A stretch of 64,000 nt of DNA from Turneriella sp. GTDB lineage: Bacteria > Spirochaetota > Leptospiria > Turneriellales > Turneriellaceae. The stretch is from positions 224,001 to 288,000 of the forward strand of contig CBDIID010000003.1 in assembly GCA_965279515.1 (NCBI GenBank). The letters are read 5' to 3'. Made by a program: the position numbers and the translations under genes. Shown here piece by piece: positions 10,171 to 19,068 of the stretch. The stretch's first letter is position 1; each line of letters begins with the position of its first letter. Under the pieces are notes generated by a model. That model worked only from the letters and a program-made list of their open reading frames with translations. It searched no databases and was not told where the DNA came from.

Positions 10171-11715
10171 ATGCGGAAAACATCCCGCACCCTTTTTGTT
10201 GCATTATGTCTCGTTGCAGCCGCCACCTTAGCGGCGTGCATTGGCCATGTTGCCGCTGACCACCACGGAACTACCGGGACGGCAGACGTATACCCAGCCC
10301 GCATCACGGGTGTCAAAACGCTCGAAACCGGTAGGATTGAAATCCGGCTGGTGCATGAAAAGACGGGCGACTTTGATGCCGCCGAAGCCGTCACAGGTGC
10401 CTTTAAACTGCGTGAGAATGGTATTGCCCAGAATTCCCTGGCTGTCGAAGCCGTGCCGGCGCGCGAAACGATCTCGCGGACCATCATTCTCGCCGATCTC
10501 AGCCGGTCGCTGAGCCGCAGGCAGTTTGCGAATTTCAAACGCGCCGCTCTGGCCTTCGCTGACAGGCTCAAACCCGGCGACACCGCGGCGCTCGTCACAT
10601 TCCACCGCAAGGTTTACCGCGAGCTCAATTTTACCTCTGACCGCGAACTTCTGAAGAAGCGCATCCGTGCGCTGAAGCAGACGGGCAACCGCACCATGCT
10701 CTATGATGCGCTGATCGAGGCGCATAAGATGCTGGCCGATGCGCCGATGCGCAAGGCGATTGTGCTCTATACCGATGGCAAAGAAAACGCTTCGCGCGTC
10801 ACGATGTCTGACCTTATCGAACTCTACAGCGCGAACCCGGTGCCGCTCTTTGTCGCGGGAAAACACCGCTCTTACGCGCTGAAACGGCTCATTCGCCTCG
10901 CGCGGGTTTCGGGCGGGGATGCCTTCCGCGCCGACGACGGCCACGACCTGGCAAAGGTTTTCCACTACCTGACCCGGCTGCGGCATCGCGAATTTATCCT
11001 GACTTATAAGACCGCGCAAAAACCCGGTGCGACCCTGGACCTGGAAATCGACACCGGCGCGCCGGGGCAAAGCCTCGTGCGCTCTTACACAATACCGACG
11101 GCGTCGTGGCAGGCCCCGCCGGCAACGGAAAATGAAAAAGCCGGTGAAAAGCTGTTTTCGGCTGGGCTGATAACGAGTTTAAGGACGCACATGCCGGAGA
11201 TTCTGCTCTCGCTTATCGTACTCCTGCTGGTCGCAGTCATCATCATGCTGTTCTTCCGCAAGCAGGAGATTACGGTCAAGGTAGAAAATACCATGCCGCA
11301 GGCATTTGTCGCGCCCGACCAGATGTTTCCCGTTGCTGAAAAAAAGTCAGAGATGGAAAGGGCCAAGCTGCCGCTCGACTACCACCATGGCTGGCTCGTC
11401 GAAAAAGAGGGGCCGCATACCGGCCGCAAGTACCGCATCAACTGGCATACCGTCACCCTGGGTTTTTCAGACGATAACAGTATTGTGATCGACGACAATA
11501 CTGTTTCTCCCCGCCATGCGAAGATTGAACGCGAGGCGCGCAAGTTTGTGCTCTATGACCTGATGTCTGAAACCGGCACGAATCTCAATGGCAAAAAACT
11601 TTTACGCCCGAAAGAACTGAACGATTTTGATGAAATCGGGCTCGGCAGAACGAAATTGATATTCCGCAAGAGCTCCGCGTCGTTTGAGAAATCGAACCGC
11701 GGCGCGGCGGATTGA
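10171..11715 (+). CDS. VWA-domain / TM / FHA-domain membrane protein
   Basis: MIDAS DLSRS...T...TDG, one TM (ILLSLIVLLLVAVIIMLFF), C-terminal FHA (VSPRHA, GTNLNGK, DEIGLG). Confidence 0.85.
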   Translation: MRKTSRTLFVALCLVAAATLAACIGHVAADHHGTTGTADVYPARITGVKTLETGRIEIRLVHEKTGDFDAAEAVTGAFKLRENGIAQNSLAVEAVPARETISRTIILADLSRSLSRRQFANFKRAALAFADRLKPGDTAALVTFHRKVYRELNFTSDRELLKKRIRALKQTGNRTMLYDALIEAHKMLADAPMRKAIVLYTDGKENASRVTMSDLIELYSANPVPLFVAGKHRSYALKRLIRLARVSGGDAFRADDGHDLAKVFHYLTRLRHREFILTYKTAQKPGATLDLEIDTGAPGQSLVRSYTIPTASWQAPPATENEKAGEKLFSAGLITSLRTHMPEILLSLIVLLLVAVIIMLFFRKQEITVKVENTMPQAFVAPDQMFPVAEKKSEMERAKLPLDYHHGWLVEKEGPHTGRKYRINWHTVTLGFSDDNSIVIDDNTVSPRHAKIEREARKFVLYDLMSETGTNLNGKKLLRPKELNDFDEIGLGRTKLIFRKSSASFEKSNRGAAD

Positions 11716-12914
11716 GGAAATCCTTGGCAGCTCAAAAACCGAAATATTCTATTGACTTGCGTCGTTTAAAACTCGGCAAAAGTGAAATTATTCTCCTGGG
11801 CACAGCCCACGTCAGCCGCGAGAGTGTCGATGACGTAGCGCTTGCCGTTCAAAAAGAAAAGCCCGATGCGGTGCTCATCGAACTCGACGAGGGCAGGGCG
11901 AAGAACCTCAAGGATCCCGACCACTGGAAACACATGGACATCGTGCAGGTCATCAAGACCGGCAAGATCTACCTGCTGTTCTCGTCGATTCTGCTGTCGA
12001 TCTTCCAGAAAAAGATGGGCGACCGCCTGACCTCTGCCCCAGGCGCCGAATTCAAAAAGGCGATGGAACTCTCGGAGAATAACGAAATCGCGCATTATTT
12101 CATCGACCGCGAAATCCGCATTACCCTGAAGCGTGCGTGGCAAAGCGTTGGTTTCTTTGGCAAGCTGCGGCTTATCAGCGAACTGATTGCATCGCTCTTC
12201 GTCAGCGAAAAAATGGAAAAAGACGATATCGAAAAGCTAAAAGAAAAAGATGCGCTGCAGACCGTTCTCGATTCTTTACCGCCGTCATTCCGCCGCATCC
12301 GCGAAATCGTCATCGACGAGCGTGACCAGTATATGGCGCAGAAGGTGCGCGACATCACTATCCATGCCGAAAAGAAACCCAAGCGCGCACTGGTCGTAGT
12401 CGGCGCCGGTCATTTGCGCGGCCTCGAAGAGGCGCTGCAGCGCGAGCATGACCTGAAACAGCTCACGGCGGTGCGCGAACCGAAGATTATCCGTTCACTG
12501 ATTGCCTTTCTCTCACCCATCGTGATCATTGTCGCATTTCTCACCTATTTCACCTTCTACGGCAACAAGAAGCTCGACCTGGCAGCGACGCTGAAAACCT
12601 GGATTATCATCAAGTGTTCGGTGACGGCCGCCATCACCCTTATCTGGTCTCCGCACTTTCTCGCCTGGCTCGGCGGGGTCGTGGTGTCTCCGGTCAGTAC
12701 ATTTTTGCCGGTCATCAAATCAGGCTGGATCGCCGCACTGGTCGAAGCTATTTTCCGTAAACCCGAAGTCACCGATTTTGAATCGATGGCAGAGGCAACG
12801 ACGAAATTCAAGAGCTTTTACCGCAACCGTATTTTCCGCATCTTCATGGTGTTTTTTCTCGGGCAGTTTTCGAGTGCCGTGGGTTACTGGGTCTTTATCT
12901 GGTACGTAAAGTAA
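11712..12914 (+). CDS. TraB/PrgY (pheromone-shutdown-like) family membrane protein
   Basis: LLGTAHVS, IELDEGR, PGAEF, IDREIRITLKRAW, ERDQYMA, VVGAGH; C-terminal TMs. Confidence 0.9.
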   Translation: MRKSLAAQKPKYSIDLRRLKLGKSEIILLGTAHVSRESVDDVALAVQKEKPDAVLIELDEGRAKNLKDPDHWKHMDIVQVIKTGKIYLLFSSILLSIFQKKMGDRLTSAPGAEFKKAMELSENNEIAHYFIDREIRITLKRAWQSVGFFGKLRLISELIASLFVSEKMEKDDIEKLKEKDALQTVLDSLPPSFRRIREIVIDERDQYMAQKVRDITIHAEKKPKRALVVVGAGHLRGLEEALQREHDLKQLTAVREPKIIRSLIAFLSPIVIIVAFLTYFTFYGNKKLDLAATLKTWIIIKCSVTAAITLIWSPHFLAWLGGVVVSPVSTFLPVIKSGWIAALVEAIFRKPEVTDFESMAEATTKFKSFYRNRIFRIFMVFFLGQFSSAVGYWVFIWYVK

Positions 12915-14301
12915 GTTCGGCAATTGTTTCTGTAATCAGCCCGCCGAAGCTACCGTTCGTCATAAAACATACCAGATCGCCCGGCAGTAGCTGAGCGATG
13001 ACAAAGGCAGCGCGCTGTTCCTGGGGTAAAAGGTGCACAACCTTCCCGCAGCTTTCGAGATCAGCCTTGAGCCTGGCCAGATCGAGTCTTTCGGCATAGC
13101 TGTATTTTTCCGCGCGGTGAATAGCATCGATAAAAACGACATCGGCAGCTGTCAATGCTTCGGGCAAGGTGGTTTGAAAAAAATTGCGGACCATCGTGTT
13201 GCTGCGGGGTTCGATTAAGACGACAAGCCGCCGGTTCGCATAGAGCTCGCGCAGCGTTTCGAGATTGGCACGGATCGCTGTGGGGTGGTGCGCGAAATCT
13301 TCAATTACTGTTGCAAAGGAGTTTTCGAGGCGGATCTGCAGACGCCGCTTGACGCCGGCGAACGTGTCGAGCGCCGCCTGAATCTGCGCCTCAGAGAGGC
13401 CCTGGTCTGAGATCAGCGCCAGCGCTGCGAGGGTGTTTAAGGCATTGTGCTTGCCCTGGAGCTGGCTCAAAAGCACGATTCCCTTGTCCTTGTGCCTGAA
13501 ACGAATCTCCGTCTGTCCCGAATGTTTGACGCTTAAAAGGCGATAATCCGCACTCTCTGCCTCGCCGAATGTCACCACACGGGTTTTTGCTGCGGCGGCG
13601 AGTTTCACGCATGAGGGATTGTCTGCGTTGGTAACAAGCAGGCCATTTTGCGGAATAATTTTTATAAGCCGGGCAAAGGTCTTCTCGACATCTGTGAGGT
13701 CGGCGAAAATATCGGCGTGATCAAATTCGATATTGTTGATAATGACGTGCGTCGGGCGGTACGATAAGAATTTCGAACGCGGATCAAAGATAGAGGTATC
13801 GTATTCATCCCCCTCGATGACAAAACAAGCAGCCGAACCTACTGCCGCGCTCCTGGGGAAATTTTCGGCGACACCGCCGATCATATAACCGCAGTCGATG
13901 CCGTTGTGGTGCAGAATATGCGTAACAAGCGCCGTTGTCGTCGTTTTGCCATGCGTGCCGGCGATGACATAACTTTGCCGGTTGCCGATGATTTTGCCGG
14001 CAATAAATTCCGGCAATGATAAAATCTGCAGCCGCCGGTTGAGCGCCTCTTCGAGCTCGGGGTTGCCCCGCGAAATGGCATTACCCAGTACGACGATGTC
14101 GGGTGTGTAACTGAGGTTGCCCGCGTCATAACCTTCATTGTAGGGAATCCCGCTTGCGATCAGCTCATCGACAGTGGGGGGATAGAGATTCTGGTCCGAA
14201 CCCCGTACATGGAAGCCCAGCTCCTGCGCCATGATTGCAGCGCCGGCCATGGCAGTGCCGCCGATGCCGATAAAGTGGATATTCTGGTTTGCGGTTTGCA
14301 T
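12895..14301 (-). CDS. mpl: Murein peptide ligase (UDP-MurNAc:L-Ala-gamma-D-Glu-mDAP ligase)
   Basis: IHFIGIGGTAM, GNAISRGNPE, AGTHGKTTT, IEGDEYD, EFDHADIF, DFAHHPTAI, EPRSNTM. Confidence 0.88.
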   Translation of the reverse strand: MQTANQNIHFIGIGGTAMAGAAIMAQELGFHVRGSDQNLYPPTVDELIASGIPYNEGYDAGNLSYTPDIVVLGNAISRGNPELEEALNRRLQILSLPEFIAGKIIGNRQSYVIAGTHGKTTTTALVTHILHHNGIDCGYMIGGVAENFPRSAAVGSAACFVIEGDEYDTSIFDPRSKFLSYRPTHVIINNIEFDHADIFADLTDVEKTFARLIKIIPQNGLLVTNADNPSCVKLAAAAKTRVVTFGEAESADYRLLSVKHSGQTEIRFRHKDKGIVLLSQLQGKHNALNTLAALALISDQGLSEAQIQAALDTFAGVKRRLQIRLENSFATVIEDFAHHPTAIRANLETLRELYANRRLVVLIEPRSNTMVRNFFQTTLPEALTAADVVFIDAIHRAEKYSYAERLDLARLKADLESCGKVVHLLPQEQRAAFVIAQLLPGDLVCFMTNGSFGGLITETIAELTLRTR

Positions 14302-14384
14302 TCGCCGCATCTGCATCGGGGCTGCGACACCCGACGGAAATCTAAATCCGCTTGCGGAAGCGGCGGCATCGCTTAAATAGTACC

Positions 14385-16544
14385 ATGAGCCGAAAAAGCA
14401 GAACGGAAGAATTGAGCCAGGTTGCCGATATCTCCAATACGAAGATCCCCCGCATCGAGCTTTCGATGCGCTGGAGCATTGTCTCGCTCCTTACCCTGTT
14501 GATTCTGTTTTCAGCCGGCCTCATTATCCTGATCTCATACCTGGGTGGACGGCAATCGACACAGTTTCTGATCGATACGCTCATGGAAGATAAGGCATAC
14601 CGTTTTATCGATAAGGCTTCGCAGTTCCTGGTCGAAGCCAAGTCGTTGTCGTCGGATGCGCGTGACTCGATTTCAAAACTCACCCCTTTCCAGAAAAACG
14701 AGATAGAAAAAGAACTGAAAGATGTCTTTGAAGAACAGCCGTTTTTTTCCAATGCCTACCTGATCCGCAATGGCACAGCAAAAATTGCCTGGAATAAAGG
14801 AGTGCCGGTACCACACCAGCCCAACCTGCTGGAAGATATCGAAGACAAGGCTGCCGAGGCGGCGAAAATGCACCTCGAGGTTACCTATGAAGACCGCGTG
14901 ATCATAAATCCGGGACAATACGCGTGGGCGCAACCGGGCTTCTCCGACGGAAAAAAACTTACACCGATACATAAGACCTTCACCACGGGTGATCCGGGCA
15001 TTACAATCTGTTCGGCCAATAATCCTGTGGCCGGCATCGCCGCGGGAGCTGTCTGCGTGGATATCCACCTGGGAGACCTGGCGCTTTTTATCGGCTCAAT
15101 CAAAGTCGGTGAAACAGGGAAAGCCTTTCTCGCCGATAAGAACTGGAATATCATTGCGGCGCCGCAGGCGACGCGGGACTCATCTCCCTATACAAAAGCC
15201 GGGGCAACCATTGCCCTGAAGAATATCACGGAATTTGCCAACGGCGAAATCCAGACGGCTCATGTTGCAATGAATAAGAAGCTGAAGAAGCTGCAGAAAA
15301 ACAAAAAATGGCTCAAAAATAAAAAACCGTTCTTCTTTGACTTCAAGTTCGAAGGTAACCGTTTTGTCGGCCTGTTCGCTTCTTTCCCCGCGTACACCGG
15401 CCTCGACTGGCAGACGGGAGTTATCGTTCCCGAAGATGAATTCTTCTATTTCGTCCGCCGCAATACACGCCTCGTGATGATGGGGTCGGGTATCCTGATT
15501 TTGCTCGCGGTGATTCTGGGCTATATTTTTTCGCGGCGCCTTTCACGGCCGCTCAGCCAGCTCTCCGAAGAGATGGATAAAATTCAGCATTTCGATCTGA
15601 ATTCCGAAAAGACGATTGTGTCTTCGATCACCGATGTGCAAAACATGGTGGTATCGTTCTATAAGATGCGGCAGGGCCTGAGATCCTTCGGTAAATTTGT
15701 GCCGGCCGATATCGTGCGCCAGCTGATCGCCCAGGAGGGGGATGCCCACCTGCAGGGAGAGAAGCGGCAGCTGACGGTGCATTTTTCCGACATCGAGGGT
15801 TTTACGACAGTCTCCGAAAGCCTGAAGCCCGAAGATCTCGTCGAACTGCTCGCCGAATATCTGGGTGAGATGAGCCGTATCATCGCCGAAGAGAATGGCA
15901 CCGTCGATAAATATATCGGCGATGCCGTCATGGCTTTTTGGGGGGCCCCGCAGGCTGTTCCCGATCACGCCGAACGTGCAGCGACGGCGGCGCTGCGCTG
16001 CCAGGCCCGCCTCGTCGAGCTCGAAAAGAAGTGGATTGCCGAAGGCAGGCCGGTTTTTCGCGCACGCATTGGCCTGAACACCGGTGAAATCATCGTCGGT
16101 AATATGGGCTCGGCCGAGCGCCTCAACTATACGGTGATCGGCGATGCGGTGAACCTGGCGAGCCGCCTGGAAGGGATTAACAAATATTATGGTACGCGCA
16201 TCATGGTCGGTGAAGCGACACAGGTGCTTATCGCTGACAAATTTGTCACCCGGCTGCTCGATTTTGTTGCGGTTAAAGGCAAGAATGAGGCCGTGAAGAT
16301 CTATGAACTGGTGGGCGAGAAGGGTAAGGTGTCTGACACCATACTCGACTTCATCAGGCAGTTTGAGGGCGCGGTTGAATCGTACCGCAAACAAAACTGG
16401 GATGCCGCCGAAGCTGCACTGCGAAACGCGCTGAAACTCAAAGACGACGAAGCCTGCCATCTGTTCCTCGCGCGTATCGCCGAATACCGCGAAGACCCAC
16501 CCGGAGCCAATTGGTCGGGCGAATATGTTATGAAAACCAAGTGA
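14385..16544 (+). CDS. Membrane class III adenylate/guanylate cyclase (periplasmic Cache-like sensor, HAMP, cyclase, C-terminal TPR-like helix)
   Basis: Two TMs; FSDIEGFT, VDKYIGDAVMA, YTVIGDAVNLASRLEG, VKGK. Confidence 0.92.
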   Translation: MSRKSRTEELSQVADISNTKIPRIELSMRWSIVSLLTLLILFSAGLIILISYLGGRQSTQFLIDTLMEDKAYRFIDKASQFLVEAKSLSSDARDSISKLTPFQKNEIEKELKDVFEEQPFFSNAYLIRNGTAKIAWNKGVPVPHQPNLLEDIEDKAAEAAKMHLEVTYEDRVIINPGQYAWAQPGFSDGKKLTPIHKTFTTGDPGITICSANNPVAGIAAGAVCVDIHLGDLALFIGSIKVGETGKAFLADKNWNIIAAPQATRDSSPYTKAGATIALKNITEFANGEIQTAHVAMNKKLKKLQKNKKWLKNKKPFFFDFKFEGNRFVGLFASFPAYTGLDWQTGVIVPEDEFFYFVRRNTRLVMMGSGILILLAVILGYIFSRRLSRPLSQLSEEMDKIQHFDLNSEKTIVSSITDVQNMVVSFYKMRQGLRSFGKFVPADIVRQLIAQEGDAHLQGEKRQLTVHFSDIEGFTTVSESLKPEDLVELLAEYLGEMSRIIAEENGTVDKYIGDAVMAFWGAPQAVPDHAERAATAALRCQARLVELEKKWIAEGRPVFRARIGLNTGEIIVGNMGSAERLNYTVIGDAVNLASRLEGINKYYGTRIMVGEATQVLIADKFVTRLLDFVAVKGKNEAVKIYELVGEKGKVSDTILDFIRQFEGAVESYRKQNWDAAEAALRNALKLKDDEACHLFLARIAEYREDPPGANWSGEYVMKTK

Positions 16545-17371
16545 ATGAAGAACGTATACACGCCCTCGCGCTGCATAATGCGCACTGTTTTTTAACCGAC
16601 AAGAACCGCCGCATTCTTGAAGCCGCGGGGGATTTCCCGCGTTTTGCACACATTCTACTCGGGGCGAAATTGGACGGGCACGTTGCCCAAGCCCGGGAAG
16701 AAATCGCGCAGATGCCCCCTGACGGCCTGCTGGCTTTTACCGACAGGGATTATCCGCCCCTACTTAAGGAAATCGGCTATGCACCCTTCTTTTTGTATTT
16801 GCGCGGCAACCGTGCGCTCTTATCGACAGCTGCGGTATCGCTCGTTGGTACGCGTGAACCCTCTGTAGCCGGGCGGCAAGCAGCCGCAAATCTTGCGGCA
16901 TTTTATGCCCGTGAACAGCTGACGGTGGTTTCCGGTATTGCGCGCGGCGTTGACAGCATCGCGCACCACAGCGCTCTCGCAGCCGGGGGTAAGACGATTG
17001 CCGTACTGCCCAACGGTTTTGATCATCTCTATCCGCTTGAAAACCGCGATCTCTATGAGGCGGCGAAGACCGACCGCAATATTCTGCTCGTGTCAGAATA
17101 CCCGCCCGGGCAAAAACCCCAGCGCCATCATTTCATCAGGCGCAACCGCCTGATTGCGGGTTTTTCAGCGCTGACCGTCTTTGTCGAAGGCGATGTCAAA
17201 AGCGGGGGGATGATTACCGTGAATCACGCGCTCAGCGAGGGCAGGGATGTCGCGGCTCTGTCGCATCCAGCACTGGCAAATAATGCCGGCGGGGAAAAAC
17301 TTATTTCCGAAGGTGCGGTGAATCTGACCGGGCTTGCCCTGGCTGCCGGTAGCCGTCGAGTATCTGCCTGA
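16541..17371 (+). CDS. dprA: DNA-processing protein DprA (compact, Rossmann domain)
   Basis: YPPLLKEI, VGTR, VSGIARGVDSIAH, LVSEYPPG, RRNRLIAG; GTG start overlaps the upstream stop. Confidence 0.92.
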   Translation: MNEERIHALALHNAHCFLTDKNRRILEAAGDFPRFAHILLGAKLDGHVAQAREEIAQMPPDGLLAFTDRDYPPLLKEIGYAPFFLYLRGNRALLSTAAVSLVGTREPSVAGRQAAANLAAFYAREQLTVVSGIARGVDSIAHHSALAAGGKTIAVLPNGFDHLYPLENRDLYEAAKTDRNILLVSEYPPGQKPQRHHFIRRNRLIAGFSALTVFVEGDVKSGGMITVNHALSEGRDVAALSHPALANNAGGEKLISEGAVNLTGLALAAGSRRVSA

Positions 17372-18080
17372 CCTGCTCTACCGGATTTTTCCCGAAAACC
17401 GTATAACGCGGAATAATCCGGGGAATATCTTCGCGCGAAGCGATGCGGTAATCGACCGACACCTGGTAACCGAAGCCTGCATGGCGCGCTGCCTTAAGGC
17501 CATCGGTGTCATAATATCCGAACGGCCATGCAAAGGATTCGATTTTGCGTCCCAGCGTCGATTCCAGGAAATTGCGGGCGAGGAAAAGTTCCTTAAAAAG
17601 CGCATCGTAGGGAGTGTCGCGCAAAAGTGCATGTGACCATGAATGGCTGCCAAAATCGAAAGCGGGTTGCTCGCGCGCAAGGCGCCGCCAGGCGGCGTCG
17701 CGCTGCAGCTGGTCGGCATAGAAGTAGAAGGTTGCGCCGAAGCCGCGGCGTACAAGCTCGGGCAGCACAATTTCGCGGTGAGCCGCATAACCGTCATCAA
17801 ACGTCATGACGATACGCGGCCGCAGGTCTTCGGGATTTCGGGCATCCACCCAGTCTTTCAGCGAAACGACCCTGAACGCTGCGAGGTTATCCAGAATCTC
17901 CCGGAAATCGTCGAGCGTAATGGCATACCGGCCCGGGCGGCCGACATCGTGAAAGCACAGCACGACGGCGTTTCTCAGGTGGGCGGGAATCGCAGGCGCG
18001 GGTTGCGCTTTCGGTTTACACCCCGTCGAAAGAACAAGGCAGAGAGCCCAAACGCCGATAACGCGACCTGAATATGTCAT
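17301..18080 (-). CDS. Polysaccharide deacetylase (NodB/CE4), probable lipoprotein
   Basis: LCFHD, TFDDG, GSHSWSH, FAWPFG; lipobox-like VLSTGC. Start placed at the Met at 18080. Confidence 0.88.
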   Translation of the reverse strand: MTYSGRVIGVWALCLVLSTGCKPKAQPAPAIPAHLRNAVVLCFHDVGRPGRYAITLDDFREILDNLAAFRVVSLKDWVDARNPEDLRPRIVMTFDDGYAAHREIVLPELVRRGFGATFYFYADQLQRDAAWRRLAREQPAFDFGSHSWSHALLRDTPYDALFKELFLARNFLESTLGRKIESFAWPFGYYDTDGLKAARHAGFGYQVSVDYRIASREDIPRIIPRYTVFGKNPVEQVRQILDGYRQPGQARSDSPHLRK

Positions 18081-18355
18081 CGCTTGCCCAAATCTATATC
18101 CGCCAGATGCGCTTCGACGAGGCAAGAAATAAACTGCTCTCGGAAATCGAACGTTTGTTTTTTGCAGGTGAGAGCGAGGTCGAGATCGTACACGGCATCG
18201 GCAATTACATTCTCCGGAAAATGGTGCTCCTCGAGCTGGCAAAGCTTGACTATGTGAGTATCAGTGATTCCGGGTTTAATCCGAATCCGGGTTCGCTCAA
18301 GGTTAAATTGCTGGTGCCTGACCCGGGTGTATTCAACACCTACCGCGGGCCCTGA
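18074..18355 (+). CDS. Stand-alone Smr/MutS2 C-terminal domain protein
   Basis: IRQMRFDEA...VEIVHGIGNYILRKMV...NPGSLKV fits the Smr pattern. Confidence 0.75.
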   Translation: MSSLAQIYIRQMRFDEARNKLLSEIERLFFAGESEVEIVHGIGNYILRKMVLLELAKLDYVSISDSGFNPNPGSLKVKLLVPDPGVFNTYRGP

Positions 18356-18356
18356 G

Positions 18357-18944
18357 CTACTCTGGCGCCTGGCGCCTGACCTGGTCCAGCGATTTGATGA
18401 TATAATCCACTTCGATATTCACGCGGCCGCCGGGTTGCCATTCAGCGATATTCGTTTTGCGGATGGTTTCCGGAATAATCTGCACACGGAATTCTGCGGC
18501 GCTGATTTTCTCCATAACTGTCAGGCTGATGCCGTCGAGGCATACAGAACCTTTGGAAATAATATAAGGGGATGGATATTCGAGGACGATATCAACAGCT
18601 TCAGCTTTATCGATCTTTTTCACTGCTGCTGTGGCTTCGACATGCCCCTGCACAAGATGGCCGCCGATACGGTCGCCCATTTTGAGTGCGCGCTCAAGGT
18701 TGACGCGCGTGCCTGTTTTGAAGTCATGAAAATTCGTCACCGCGAGAGTTTCAGGAATCGAAAAGATTTTAAAGCTTTGTCTGTCGAACTCTTCGACAGT
18801 CTGGCAGGCGCCAGAAACAGAAATGCTGTCACCGATGCGCATATCGGCCAGTATGTCTTTGCACTGGATTGTGTAACGCCTGCCGTTCGGCAGAACTTCC
18901 ACAGCGGAAATTAATCCCACTTCTTCAATGAGACCAGTAAACAT
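18357..18944 (-). CDS. ribE: Riboflavin synthase (alpha chain)
   Basis: MFTGLIEE start, GDSISVSGACQT, NLERA, GGHLVQGHV, DGISLT, VNIEVD. Confidence 0.97.
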   Translation of the reverse strand: MFTGLIEEVGLISAVEVLPNGRRYTIQCKDILADMRIGDSISVSGACQTVEEFDRQSFKIFSIPETLAVTNFHDFKTGTRVNLERALKMGDRIGGHLVQGHVEATAAVKKIDKAEAVDIVLEYPSPYIISKGSVCLDGISLTVMEKISAAEFRVQIIPETIRKTNIAEWQPGGRVNIEVDYIIKSLDQVRRQAPE

Positions 18945-18946
18945 TT

Positions 18947-19017
18947 AGCGGGCAAAGGGACTCGAACCCTCTCTAAAAGCTTGGAAGGCTTTTGTGCTAC
19001 CGTTACACCATGCCCGC
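18947..19017 (-). tRNA. tRNA-Gly (anticodon TCC), CCA not encoded
   Basis: Reverse complement folds as GCGGGCA TG GTGT AACGGTA GCAC A AAAGC CT-TCC-AA GCTTT TAGA GAGGG TTCGAGT CCCTT TGCCCGC T. Confidence 0.95.
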
Positions 19018-19068
19018 GGATTATTTATAATACTCCGTGGAGCGCTAAACCGGACATTCTGAGAAAAC

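Noticed and set aside
15543..16649. 368-aa minus-strand ORF
   Set aside because: Antisense shadow of the cyclase gene; no recognisable motifs.
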